Positions 9,250-18,454 of a stretch of DNA of 64,000 nt are shown here, piece after piece (position 1 is the first letter of the stretch; each line of letters starts with the position of its first letter). This DNA comes from an uncultured delta proteobacterium (lineage in GTDB: Bacteria > Desulfobacterota > Desulfomonilia > UBA1062). The position numbers and the translations under genes are program-made. The DNA is taken from assembly GCA_963798485.1 (NCBI GenBank), contig CAWCTR010000007.1, positions 192,001 through 256,000 of the forward strand. Reading direction: 5' to 3'. The notes under the pieces are model-generated. The model was given only the letters and a program-made list of their open reading frames with translations. It had not been told where the DNA came from and ran no database searches.

Positions 9250-10533
9250 ATGCCAAAGATACGTTCCTTCCGGGGAATCAGATACAACGCTGATCAGGTT
9301 GATCTGGCAAGTGCGGTATGCCCCCCCTATGACATCATAGCGCCCCCGCAAGTCGATGATTTTTATAACAAGAGCCCATATAACACCATAAGGCTCGTAC
9401 TCGGCAAGCAGTTCCCCAAGGACAACAAGGACAACAACCGCTATACCAGGGCGCGGGACTTGTTCAGGCAATGGATAAAAGGTGGTGTCCTCATCCAGGA
9501 TAAAAAACCTGCGCTGTACTACCATGAGCAGACCTACACCATCGGGGACAAGACCTCTACAAGAAGGGGCTTTATTGCATCGGTCCGCCTTGACGACGAC
9601 GACAAGAAGAATATCCGGCCTCACGAGCATACAATAAAAAGCCCCAAGCTCGACCGGCTTCGCCTGATGAGTGAGGTGAGAACGAATTTCAGTTCAATCC
9701 TCGGCATCTATTCCGACTCGAAGAAGACCATTGAAACTCAGGTCAAGGCCAAGCTCGGACCTGCTGACATCGATTTCTCCACCAAAGAAGAGGCCCATAA
9801 GCTCTGGATCATCAATGATGCGTCAATAATAGAGAAGATGGCAAAAATGATGCAGAGCAAAAAGATCCTCATCGCAGACGGGCAGCACCGCTACGAGACC
9901 GCCAAGATCTATCGCGACCGTATGAGGGCTGTATCCGGCAAGCATGACGGAAATCAGAATTACGACTATATCCAGATGTACCTCACCAATATGGATGATG
10001 GTATCAAGATACTGCCTGTTCACCGCATCATCATCGACAGTATGGGTGTCGGTCTCGTGGATCTGGAATACCGGATCAAGGAAATCTTCAACATGGTGCC
10101 CTTTGACAACCGCAAGGCGTTTATCACGGCCTTGAACAAGAGCGGAAAGGGGAGCATCGGCCTGTATGTAAAAGGCATACCCAGATTTTACCTTCTGCAG
10201 CTTTCCCATGATACCGAGTTGGAAAAATATCTGCCGTCAGGCACCCATCCGCTTCTGAAGAATCATGACGTGACCATCCTCCATGAATGCATAATCGACC
10301 CCATTTTAGGCATCGGCACAAACCTGGAGAACAAGCGCATCATGTTCACGAACAAGGCCGATGAGGCTATTGACATGGTAGCAAAGGAACAGGCCGACAT
10401 TACCTTTCTCCTCAACCCACCCACCATGGAAGATGTTTTGGAGGTCGCAGAGGCGGGCTTGAGGATGCCGCACAATTCAACCTATTTTTATCCCAAGACC
10501 CCCGCAGGCCTGGTCTTCCATTCCTTAGAATAA
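9250..10533 (+). CDS. DUF1015 family protein
   Basis: FRGIRYN, PPYDII, RPHEHT, IADGQHRYETA and STYFYPK motifs. Confidence 0.9.
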   Translation: MPKIRSFRGIRYNADQVDLASAVCPPYDIIAPPQVDDFYNKSPYNTIRLVLGKQFPKDNKDNNRYTRARDLFRQWIKGGVLIQDKKPALYYHEQTYTIGDKTSTRRGFIASVRLDDDDKKNIRPHEHTIKSPKLDRLRLMSEVRTNFSSILGIYSDSKKTIETQVKAKLGPADIDFSTKEEAHKLWIINDASIIEKMAKMMQSKKILIADGQHRYETAKIYRDRMRAVSGKHDGNQNYDYIQMYLTNMDDGIKILPVHRIIIDSMGVGLVDLEYRIKEIFNMVPFDNRKAFITALNKSGKGSIGLYVKGIPRFYLLQLSHDTELEKYLPSGTHPLLKNHDVTILHECIIDPILGIGTNLENKRIMFTNKADEAIDMVAKEQADITFLLNPPTMEDVLEVAEAGLRMPHNSTYFYPKTPAGLVFHSLE

Positions 10534-10539
10534 GGATCA

Positions 10540-10690
10540 ATGCACGGGTCATTCCTGAAGGAATGGACAAGAGAGAAGCTTGACGAGATTAAATCTTCTA
10601 TTTTTTAATTTTCTTGGTATTCTGGAAAAGGCACCGGCAGAGTTCATGGCCGGAATTATGGAGGAATTCCTACGGAGGTTACCACAGTGA
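10540..10690 (+). pseudogene. Short frameshifted remnant upstream of TolC (possibly a regulator C-terminus)
   Basis: Removing one T from the T6 run at 10601-10606 gives a 49-aa amphipathic reading whose TGA overlaps the TolC GTG. Confidence 0.3.
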
Positions 10691-11973
10691 GGAAAAATAT
10701 TTTTATAATCATGATCGGTTTTTTCTTCTTGGGGGTATTCAGCGCACATGCATCCGATTACATGACGCTCGAAAACTCCATCACCATGGCCATCGAGCGT
10801 AACCCAGCCGTAAAGGCCCAGGACCAGGACGTCCTCGGGAAGGATATGGACAAGAAATCCCAGGTCGCCAAAATGCTCCCTTCGGTAGATCTTTCGTATG
10901 GGTACGTACGGCTGCAGGATGCCCAGACGATATCGTTGCCTCTTATCGGTGCAGTCCCGTTAAGTTCAACAGGTATATACAGTACCGATATTAAGGCGAA
11001 GCAGGTCCTATTCACCGGAGGGGCCTTGTACAACAGCTATCTCATTGCCCAAAATGATAAACTTTCTGCAGAGTTCGATCGTGAGAAATTCATAAGAGAT
11101 CTCAAACTTCTCGTCATTGATACCTATTATGGTGTGATCAAGGCCAGACAGCAACGGGAGTTGGCCAAGAGCAACGTGGCGTCTGTCAAGAGCCACCTTG
11201 ATGTGGCCAAGGCCTTTTTCAATCAGGGAATGATCCCGAAAAACGATCTGCTGGAGGCCCAGGTAAAATATGCACAAAGCGAGGAGCTGCTTATTACCGC
11301 TGAGAACGCAGTCAAGATCGCCGAGGCCAACCTGAACATCCTTTTGCAAAGAAACCTTATGGAGGAGGTAAACATCGACTCGGAGATACCGCTGACCAGC
11401 ATTGACCTAACCTTTGATCAATCCCTTGCCGCCGCCATGGAAAGCAGGCAGGAAATCAGGACAGCAAAGCTTCAGGTAGAGAATTCCGCCAAGGGGATCA
11501 ACCTGGCGAGATCTGCCTTCATGCCGAGTGTGGCCGCCACCTATGATTACGAGAGGCAGAGAGGTGAAGATCCCTCCATGACATATAATACATGGCAGGT
11601 AGGTATAGGCCTGACCTGGAACCTCTTTTCGGGGGGGTCAAGCTATTGGAATTACAACAAGTCCCAATACATGAATTCCAAAGCAGGTTTCCTGTTGGAA
11701 AGCCTGAAGAACCAGGTTACCCTTGAGGTCAAGAACTCGTGCCTCAATATTGAGGAAGCAACGGCCCGTTTGCAGGTGGCGGAAAAGACCATTGCGCAGG
11801 CAGAAGAGTTAGCCAGGATACAGAAAGACCGGTATAACCTCCAGGTGGCGACCACTACCGATGTGCTGGATGCACAGACCTTGCTGATTCAGGCGAAAAA
11901 TAATTATTTAACCGCACGCGCCGATCATGCAAGGGCTATTGCAGCATTGCGCGCCTCCATGGGCACCCTCTAA
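10687..11973 (+). CDS. TolC-family outer membrane efflux protein
   Basis: Signal peptide and two OEP repeats (LPSVDLSYGY; MPSVAATYDY; ATTTDVLDAQ). Confidence 0.92.
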   Translation: MRKNIFIIMIGFFFLGVFSAHASDYMTLENSITMAIERNPAVKAQDQDVLGKDMDKKSQVAKMLPSVDLSYGYVRLQDAQTISLPLIGAVPLSSTGIYSTDIKAKQVLFTGGALYNSYLIAQNDKLSAEFDREKFIRDLKLLVIDTYYGVIKARQQRELAKSNVASVKSHLDVAKAFFNQGMIPKNDLLEAQVKYAQSEELLITAENAVKIAEANLNILLQRNLMEEVNIDSEIPLTSIDLTFDQSLAAAMESRQEIRTAKLQVENSAKGINLARSAFMPSVAATYDYERQRGEDPSMTYNTWQVGIGLTWNLFSGGSSYWNYNKSQYMNSKAGFLLESLKNQVTLEVKNSCLNIEEATARLQVAEKTIAQAEELARIQKDRYNLQVATTTDVLDAQTLLIQAKNNYLTARADHARAIAALRASMGTL

Positions 11974-12004
11974 CCGGAATCTCTCCACCCTGAGGAGATA
12001 GTGC

Positions 12005-12032
12005 AAAACCCCCGGGATAATCTGGGGGTTTT
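12005..12032 (+). terminator. Intrinsic terminator (possibly bidirectional)
   Basis: AAAACCCCCGG-gataat-CTGGGGGTTTT. Confidence 0.7.
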
Positions 12033-12091
12033 CTTCTATTGAAAGATGCCGGCCTTGATAGTCCGCAAGCAAGTGTGCTAACCACTCCCCC

Positions 12092-13723
12092 ATGACAAAA
12101 CAGCACTCCTTAACGGCCGAGATATCAAAGGTGCTTGCGTGCCCGCCTTCGGAGCGTGGCAGGGGCATCATCGACTCGCCGTTTACCAAGCAGATCCTCG
12201 AACAACTGCCTCCGCAAGAAACATATTTAATAATCAAGGAGGCCTGGGGCTCGGATAGCCAGATCCTGCTCCAGTATGTGCCTCCCGAGGCGGTGTGCCA
12301 CTTCATAGACCTTGACTGCTGGGATGGGGAGAATTTCTCCGTGGAAGCAGGCATGGAATGGCTTGTTGAGATCCATAATGCCTCTTTCGAGACGTTTATG
12401 CAGGCCCTTGAAACCATCGACCTGGAGATACTGGTGCTCCTCTTCCAGACTTATATCGAGGTAGTACACGTAAGGCCTTCTGACGAACAGATCCCCGATC
12501 TCATCGATGAAGGTTTCGAAAGCATCGATAATATGTACTATTACCGTATCGTCCTCGATGATGACCACACCCACTTCATCAAGGAAATGCTGAGTATCCT
12601 CTTTACCGGTTACCGGGACCTCTATTACGTTATCCTTGAAGGCGTCATGAACGAACTGAAGACCGGGATGGAGGAGACTACCTTCGAGCGGAGGTCTTTA
12701 CGCCTTATGGAGATGGGCTTCCCCCAGCCGGACGAGGCCATTAGCATCTATCAGCATATAAGGCCGGAAAGGCTCCTTAATCAAGGCATCATAAAGGAAA
12801 AGACTCCAATCATTAACAAGCACCTGAACATGCTCCCCACGATATACCTGGAGCAGTTCTCCCAAAACAGGGGATTGCTCGTGACATCCCTTGAAAAGAC
12901 CCCTTCCGAGACGAGAGAACGGTTTCTCTATGAAATGATCTATCTGGCCAATAAGATCATTATGGCTGATTTCAGGCCGCTCAATAACAGTAATGAGATC
13001 AAGCACAGCATGGAGAAGGCAAGCTCTCTTGCCACTTTAGGGTTAAGCATCGCCATGAAGGAAAAGGGGATGAGCGCAGAGAACGTCTTACGCGATATAA
13101 ATGCCGAGACCCTGTTCTCCCTCGGGTATAACATGATCTACAAGCAGCAGCGAAGGCTCAGGCTGCTCCTCAATGATGTCGAAGTGTCCATGATCCCGGA
13201 AAGATTCAAGGGGTATGCAGAAGGGCTCCTTAAGAAAAGACCTCTCTTTAAGGACAAAGAGTATTCCCGCATGGAGGACCTCGAAGAGGTAACGCACTTC
13301 GTTGATAAGATCGAAACCATGTCCCGCATCATGTCTGCCCTGAAGTGGGAGAACCAGATACCGAACCTGGCCGGGACCAATACCGGGGCAAACCTCGATA
13401 TGGAAACCGTCATCCTTACTTCAGTTGCGGTTAATGCCACCACGCAGCGCTCCGACTTCCGTCCATTGACCGCTGCAGAACTCACTACCTTCCTCTCTCA
13501 GGCAACCCGCCGCAAGGGCGGCATGCGTATCTCAGCACCCACGTTCATGAACGAACTGGAGACATACCTCTTAGGGCTCGACCGCACCCTGGACCCAGCC
13601 TTAATCGCAGATACCGCATCATCCCTTACGACCCGGATGGAAGACGAGATCGGCGGGCTGAAGGACCTGGGCCAACTCGATCCGAGGTTCATCTCCTGCT
13701 TTACCGTAAAGATCAAGGGCTGA
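12092..13723 (+). CDS. DUF6178-like conserved hypothetical protein
   Basis: FIDLDCW, RLMEMGFP..DEAISIY and YLANKIIMAD motifs typical of this deltaproteobacterial family. Confidence 0.7.
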   Translation: MTKQHSLTAEISKVLACPPSERGRGIIDSPFTKQILEQLPPQETYLIIKEAWGSDSQILLQYVPPEAVCHFIDLDCWDGENFSVEAGMEWLVEIHNASFETFMQALETIDLEILVLLFQTYIEVVHVRPSDEQIPDLIDEGFESIDNMYYYRIVLDDDHTHFIKEMLSILFTGYRDLYYVILEGVMNELKTGMEETTFERRSLRLMEMGFPQPDEAISIYQHIRPERLLNQGIIKEKTPIINKHLNMLPTIYLEQFSQNRGLLVTSLEKTPSETRERFLYEMIYLANKIIMADFRPLNNSNEIKHSMEKASSLATLGLSIAMKEKGMSAENVLRDINAETLFSLGYNMIYKQQRRLRLLLNDVEVSMIPERFKGYAEGLLKKRPLFKDKEYSRMEDLEEVTHFVDKIETMSRIMSALKWENQIPNLAGTNTGANLDMETVILTSVAVNATTQRSDFRPLTAAELTTFLSQATRRKGGMRISAPTFMNELETYLLGLDRTLDPALIADTASSLTTRMEDEIGGLKDLGQLDPRFISCFTVKIKG

Positions 13724-13806
13724 TAATTCTTTCTGCCTTATAAATTAGGGTTTTACATTCGAAGATGCTGTGAACCGTATGGTTTCTCTTAGACAGCAGC
13801 CCTTTA

Positions 13807-14871
13807 TCAAACCTCGCCCTCAAGATGTTTTTTGAACTCTGCATCTATGATATGTACAGCGAAGATAAGCAGCTTAAATCGTTCGTCTTTCGTCTGCCCA
13901 TGGTAATAACGGTAATAGATCTGCTGGAGAATAACGGCAATACGGAAGAACCCGAAGTAGAGGTAGAAATCGAAACTCTTTAGGGTGATGCCGGCCTTGT
14001 CCTCATATCGCTTGACCATCTCTTGGCGGGTGAGCGCGCCGGGCAGGTTGGTGGGCAGCATCCCTGCTAACTGGACTTCAGGCGGGTCATCGGCCTGAAC
14101 CCAGTATCCGAGCGAGTTGCCCAGGTCCATGAGGGGGTCGCCGATGGTGGCCATCTCCCAGTCGAGCACGCCGATGATCTTGAGTGGGTTGTCAGGATCA
14201 AGCACTACATTGTCGAACTTGTAATCGTTGTGGATGATGGCAGGTTTCTTATAATCCGGGGGCATGTTGTCATGGAGCCACTGCATGACCTTCTCAAAGG
14301 TGGGGGCGTCCGGGGTCCATGCGGCCTTGTAGCGTTCCGACCACCCCTCGACCTGTCTCCGCACATACCCTTCGGGCCTGCCGAAGCTTTCGAGCCCGAT
14401 AGTCTTGTAATCGATGGAGTGGAGCTCGTAATGGACATCCAGCAGATTTTCGCACAAGGTACGCATCTGAGCCGGGCTTAGTTCGAGCCCCTTGGGGAGC
14501 TTCTTCCTCAGGATGATACCGGGGATGCGCTCCATCACATAGAAGGGGCAGCCCATGACGGATTCATCTTCCTTATAGACCAGCGGCTTGGGACAATAGG
14601 GGAATACGGGATGTAAGGCGGTGAGAATCCGGTACTCCCTGCCCATGTCATGGGCGGTCTTGGCCTTGCGTCCGAAAGGCGGCCGCCTGAGCACGAGGTC
14701 CGTACCGCCGACCTTGATGAGGTAGGTGAGGTTCGAAAACCCGCTGGGGAACTGCTCAACCACGAGATCCCCGGATAACCCCGGGATAGCGTTCTTGAGG
14801 AAGTGCTCAACAACCTTGAGATCAAGCTCTTCGCCTTGTCTTACCTTCGTGGATTTGTCAATAAGATCCAT
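13807..14871 (-). CDS. APH-family phosphotransferase (ACAD10/11 kinase domain, LvaA-like)
   Basis: QFPSGFSNLTY, VLRRPP, AHDMGREY, IHNDYKFDN and LDWEMATIGDPLMDL motifs. Confidence 0.9.
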   Translation of the reverse strand: MDLIDKSTKVRQGEELDLKVVEHFLKNAIPGLSGDLVVEQFPSGFSNLTYLIKVGGTDLVLRRPPFGRKAKTAHDMGREYRILTALHPVFPYCPKPLVYKEDESVMGCPFYVMERIPGIILRKKLPKGLELSPAQMRTLCENLLDVHYELHSIDYKTIGLESFGRPEGYVRRQVEGWSERYKAAWTPDAPTFEKVMQWLHDNMPPDYKKPAIIHNDYKFDNVVLDPDNPLKIIGVLDWEMATIGDPLMDLGNSLGYWVQADDPPEVQLAGMLPTNLPGALTRQEMVKRYEDKAGITLKSFDFYLYFGFFRIAVILQQIYYRYYHGQTKDERFKLLIFAVHIIDAEFKKHLEGEV

Positions 14872-14888
14872 GTAACCCCTCCTTCTCC

Positions 14889-15587
14889 TCACTGTTGAGG
14901 CACTGCAAGGTATGTCTCAACAAGGTCCACGACAAATGCGGCATACTTCTCTACTGAAACATTCCGTCTGGCATATTTCCATCTCTTGAGGTACCAGTCC
15001 TGAAGCATGGCCTTTATTACTGCGCCTGTGAGCTCCATATTGACGGCCTTGAAGACCCCCTTGTCACGGCCTTCCTTCATGATGTCGATGAGGAGCTTTT
15101 CCGTGGCAAGCTCCGCCTCGATGGCCTTTTTGTGCTCCTGCTTGGCAAGGTTCTTGGTCTCCATATAGGCAAAGTAGAACCACGGCTGCATGACCTCGCT
15201 GAGAAAGAGGTGGGACTGGATCACCCGTTTCAGTTTTAAGAGGGGGTCTTCTATGCCCTCGATCTGGTCCACCAACACCTTTATGACAACTGAAATCTGT
15301 CGCTGGATCATCTGCAGCAACTCTTCCTTGCTTGTAAAGTAGGTGTAGAGCGCCCCCATGCTCAAGCCGGCCTTGGCGCTCAGATCGCGCAGGCTCATGG
15401 CGGCAAAACCTTTTTCATTGCTCAAGGTCAGGGCTGCATCGAATATCTTCACGAGGTTCTTTACCGCCACCCCTTCCTTCTTGATCTTAATGCTCTCCCG
15501 GTTATCAAGGAAGAGCTCCCGGCACAGGTCCTCCATGGAGAGGCTCACGAGACCCTTGAATGTCTCGAATCTCAAATTACTATCCAT
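14889..15587 (-). CDS. TetR/AcrR-family regulator
   Basis: GFAAMSLRDLSAKAGLSMGALYTYFTSKEELL. Confidence 0.93.
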   Translation of the reverse strand: MDSNLRFETFKGLVSLSMEDLCRELFLDNRESIKIKKEGVAVKNLVKIFDAALTLSNEKGFAAMSLRDLSAKAGLSMGALYTYFTSKEELLQMIQRQISVVIKVLVDQIEGIEDPLLKLKRVIQSHLFLSEVMQPWFYFAYMETKNLAKQEHKKAIEAELATEKLLIDIMKEGRDKGVFKAVNMELTGAVIKAMLQDWYLKRWKYARRNVSVEKYAAFVVDLVETYLAVPQQ

Positions 15588-15590
15588 AGG

Positions 15591-16799
15591 CTAGCGGGCC
15601 GTCCTGCCTTCATAGTCCCTTAGTATCCTCTTGGCTACGGACATCTTGTGGACCTCGTCCGCGCCGTCGTATATGCGGGCGGCCCTTTCGTGCCGGTAGA
15701 AGTAAGCAATGATGGTGTCATCCGTCATGCCCATGCCGCCGTGCACCTGCAGGGCCTTGTCGATGACCTCCTGCATGACGCCTGCCACAAAGAACTTGAT
15801 GAACGATATGTCGTAGCGGGCGGCCTTGGCGCCAAGCGTCTCGATCTTCCAGGCCGCGTTCAAGGTCATGAGGCGGGCCGCCTGGATGTTGGCCGCGCAC
15901 TCGGCGATCCAGGCCTGGATGATCTGCTTGGTGGCAAGCGTCTTGCGGTCGGGTTGAATGATGCGCGTGGAGGCCCTCACACACATGAGGTCAAAGACAC
16001 GGTTGCAGATACCGATCCAGCGCATGCAGTGGTGGATTCGGCCGGGGCCGAGCCGCTCCTGGGCGATCATGAATCCGTACCCCTCCGGCCCTAAAAGATT
16101 GGTCTGGGGGACCCGGCATGACTGGAACAGGACCTCGCCGTGGGAGGCATAGTCGTCGCCCGAATGACCCATGACCGGGATGTTCCTCACCAGGTTGAAG
16201 CCTTTGGTGTCGGTAGGCACGATGATCATGCTCGCCTGCATGTAGGGCGGCGCTTCCGGGTTGGTATTTGCCATGACAATGGAAAAGGCCGAGCCATCGG
16301 CCGCGGTGGAGTACCACTTCTGGCCGTTGATGATGTAGTCGTTGCCGTCCTTGACCGCGGTGGTGTCCATCATCACGGGATTGGAACCGGGCATCTCCAC
16401 TTCGGTCATGGAAAAGCAGCTCCGGATCTTGCCCTCGACCAGGGGCCTCAAGTACTTTTCCTTCTGCTCGGGCGAACCATGGAGGTGGAGGATCTCTATA
16501 TTGCCGGCATCCGGGGCATGGCATCCAAAGACGAAGTGTCCCAGCGGGGATCTGCCGAGTGATTCCGAGATAAAGGCATGCTCCACGAGATTAAGACCCA
16601 TGCCGCCGTACTCCCTGGGGTGGTTCGGGGCCCAGAGCTCCATCTTTTTTACCATGGTGCGTTTTTCTTCAATGACAGGGAGCATCTCCCTGAAGGTCTT
16701 GTGGAGAAACTCAGGCTCCAGCGGTATGAGTTCCTTTTCCACGAACTCGTCCATCATAGAGGTGATGGCCTTTATCTTATCCGGGACTTCAAAATCCAT
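15591..16799 (-). CDS. Acyl-CoA dehydrogenase, ACAD10/11 (LvaC)-like
   Basis: APDAGNIEIL, RSCFSMTE, AQERLGPGRIHHCMR and RIYDGADEVH motifs. Confidence 0.9.
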   Translation of the reverse strand: MDFEVPDKIKAITSMMDEFVEKELIPLEPEFLHKTFREMLPVIEEKRTMVKKMELWAPNHPREYGGMGLNLVEHAFISESLGRSPLGHFVFGCHAPDAGNIEILHLHGSPEQKEKYLRPLVEGKIRSCFSMTEVEMPGSNPVMMDTTAVKDGNDYIINGQKWYSTAADGSAFSIVMANTNPEAPPYMQASMIIVPTDTKGFNLVRNIPVMGHSGDDYASHGEVLFQSCRVPQTNLLGPEGYGFMIAQERLGPGRIHHCMRWIGICNRVFDLMCVRASTRIIQPDRKTLATKQIIQAWIAECAANIQAARLMTLNAAWKIETLGAKAARYDISFIKFFVAGVMQEVIDKALQVHGGMGMTDDTIIAYFYRHERAARIYDGADEVHKMSVAKRILRDYEGRTAR

Positions 16800-16826
16800 G
16801 GTCTCTCTCCTTTTTGTTGTAAGACG

Positions 16827-17538
16827 TTACCGATAGGTAATGAGGGCAGGGTCGCATGCGAGATCGAGATGGGCTATAGAATTGAACCCCGCCATGGTGA
16901 TCCTTTCTTTATTATACATGTAACGTGATATGGACGTATTCACGATCTGCCAGTTCAACCGCATGGCGTGCCCGCCGGGGATGCCTAAGACATATGCAAG
17001 GGATGCGGCAATGGCCCCGCCTGAGGTAAAGACCGCAATAATCCTGCCGTTGCCGTGCCTGGCCATAATGGACCGCAGCGATTCCGCAACACGGGCCTTG
17101 AGCCCTTCCCATGTCTCTATCCCCGGGGTATCGAATTCCCCGGTGACCCACCTGAGCATGGCGGTCTCGAAGACCCGCTTGAAGGAGGCCTTGCTAGACA
17201 TACATCCGGGCAAGCTCATCATGCAATGTCGGGTCGTCTAGTGCCATGGCCGGGAACATGGCCGTTACGATGGAGGTGGTGTCATACTCATTGAACCCGC
17301 CCATGAGCTCAAGACCGGGCAACTCTTTGCCACCGCTACGATAGGCAGCCAGGACCTCCTCGGCCGTGTCCTTCTGCCGTACCATGGTGCCCGAGTAGAC
17401 GGCATCGGGCCGAAACCCCGTATCGAAGAGGTGCCGGGCCAGGATGCGGGCCTGCTGTTTTCCAAGGGGTGATAGGTTGTCATAGTCATTATGGCCGAAG
17501 GATGCCTGGCCGTGACGGATGAGATAGATCATACTCAT
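16827..17538 (-). pseudogene. Histidine phosphatase (phosphoglycerate mutase family), frameshifted
   Basis: YLIRHGQASFG N-terminal half (17194-17538) and FTSGG/FNSIAHL C-terminal half (16827-17222) lie in different frames, with the shift near 17197. Confidence 0.8.
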
Positions 17539-17544
17539 GCAGTC

Positions 17545-17634
17545 ATGATAACCAAGGGAGGGGGGTTTTGTCAAGCATTTAATGAGCGAGCGCTCGTTAT
17601 TTTACTTGCACTTTTTCTCTTTCTGATCTATCTT
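17545..17634. promoter_or_regulatory. Divergent sigma70 promoters flanking a TetR-type operator
   Basis: Minus: TTGACA-18-TATCAT (17574-17545). Plus: TTGCAC-17-TATCTT (17606-17634). Palindrome AATGAGCGAGCGCTCGTT at 17581-17598. Confidence 0.6.
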
Positions 17635-17664
17635 CTATACGAGAAAACACAGGAGATATTAAGG

Positions 17665-18444
17665 GTGAAAATCCTCGTATGCGTTAAACAGGTCCCTGAT
17701 TCCAGCGATACCCTTGCCATCGATGAACAGTCCGGCCGGATAGTATTCAAGCCCTCAACCGTGTTCAGGATGAACAGGTACGACGAGTTCGCCCTGGAAG
17801 AGGCACTTCTTATTAAGGAGAAGTTTCCAGGGACCTCGGTCCATGCGTTGTCTTTCGGTCCCGAGCGGGCCGGCGTAACTGTCCGCCGGGCCCTTGAGAT
17901 GGGAGCCGACCATGGTATCCATTTGGTTTTTACGCCCGAGATTTATATAAGCCCCTTTATTACTGCATCGTTCATCGCTTCATATGCCCGAACCAGGGGC
18001 TATGATTTGATCATGGCCGGGGTCATGGCCGAGGACGATATGGCCTGCCAGACAGGCCAGCTTATTGCAGTATTATTGGATCTGCCTTATGCCACCTCGG
18101 TCATCAGTACGGATTTCCAGAAGGAGGGCGGCACTGTGATTGTGGATAGAGAGATTGAGGGCGGGCGCAGGCTTTCTGTCCGACTCGAGATGCCGGCCGC
18201 GCTCACCATTCAGTCAGGGATTAACACCCCCCGTTATCCATCTCTCTCGAATGTTATGAGGGCAAGGACCCAGCAGCAAGAGGTCATAAAAATTGAGACC
18301 CCTGAGTTGCCGGAGCAACGCGAAACCTGCTCAAATCTCCGCCTTCCTGATTCCTCGTCCTTAGGGACTTTCATAACGGGATCGCCTAGGGAAAAGGCCG
18401 GCAAGCTTCTGCAGATCCTTTGTGAGAAGGCATTTCTTCGTTAG
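17665..18444 (+). CDS. etfB: Electron transfer flavoprotein beta subunit
   Basis: KILVCVKQVPD, ALEEAL, ALEMGAD and PRYPSL motifs. RBS AGGAG before the GTG. Confidence 0.93.
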   Translation: MKILVCVKQVPDSSDTLAIDEQSGRIVFKPSTVFRMNRYDEFALEEALLIKEKFPGTSVHALSFGPERAGVTVRRALEMGADHGIHLVFTPEIYISPFITASFIASYARTRGYDLIMAGVMAEDDMACQTGQLIAVLLDLPYATSVISTDFQKEGGTVIVDREIEGGRRLSVRLEMPAALTIQSGINTPRYPSLSNVMRARTQQQEVIKIETPELPEQRETCSNLRLPDSSSLGTFITGSPREKAGKLLQILCEKAFLR

Positions 18445-18454
18445 CGGTATACCT

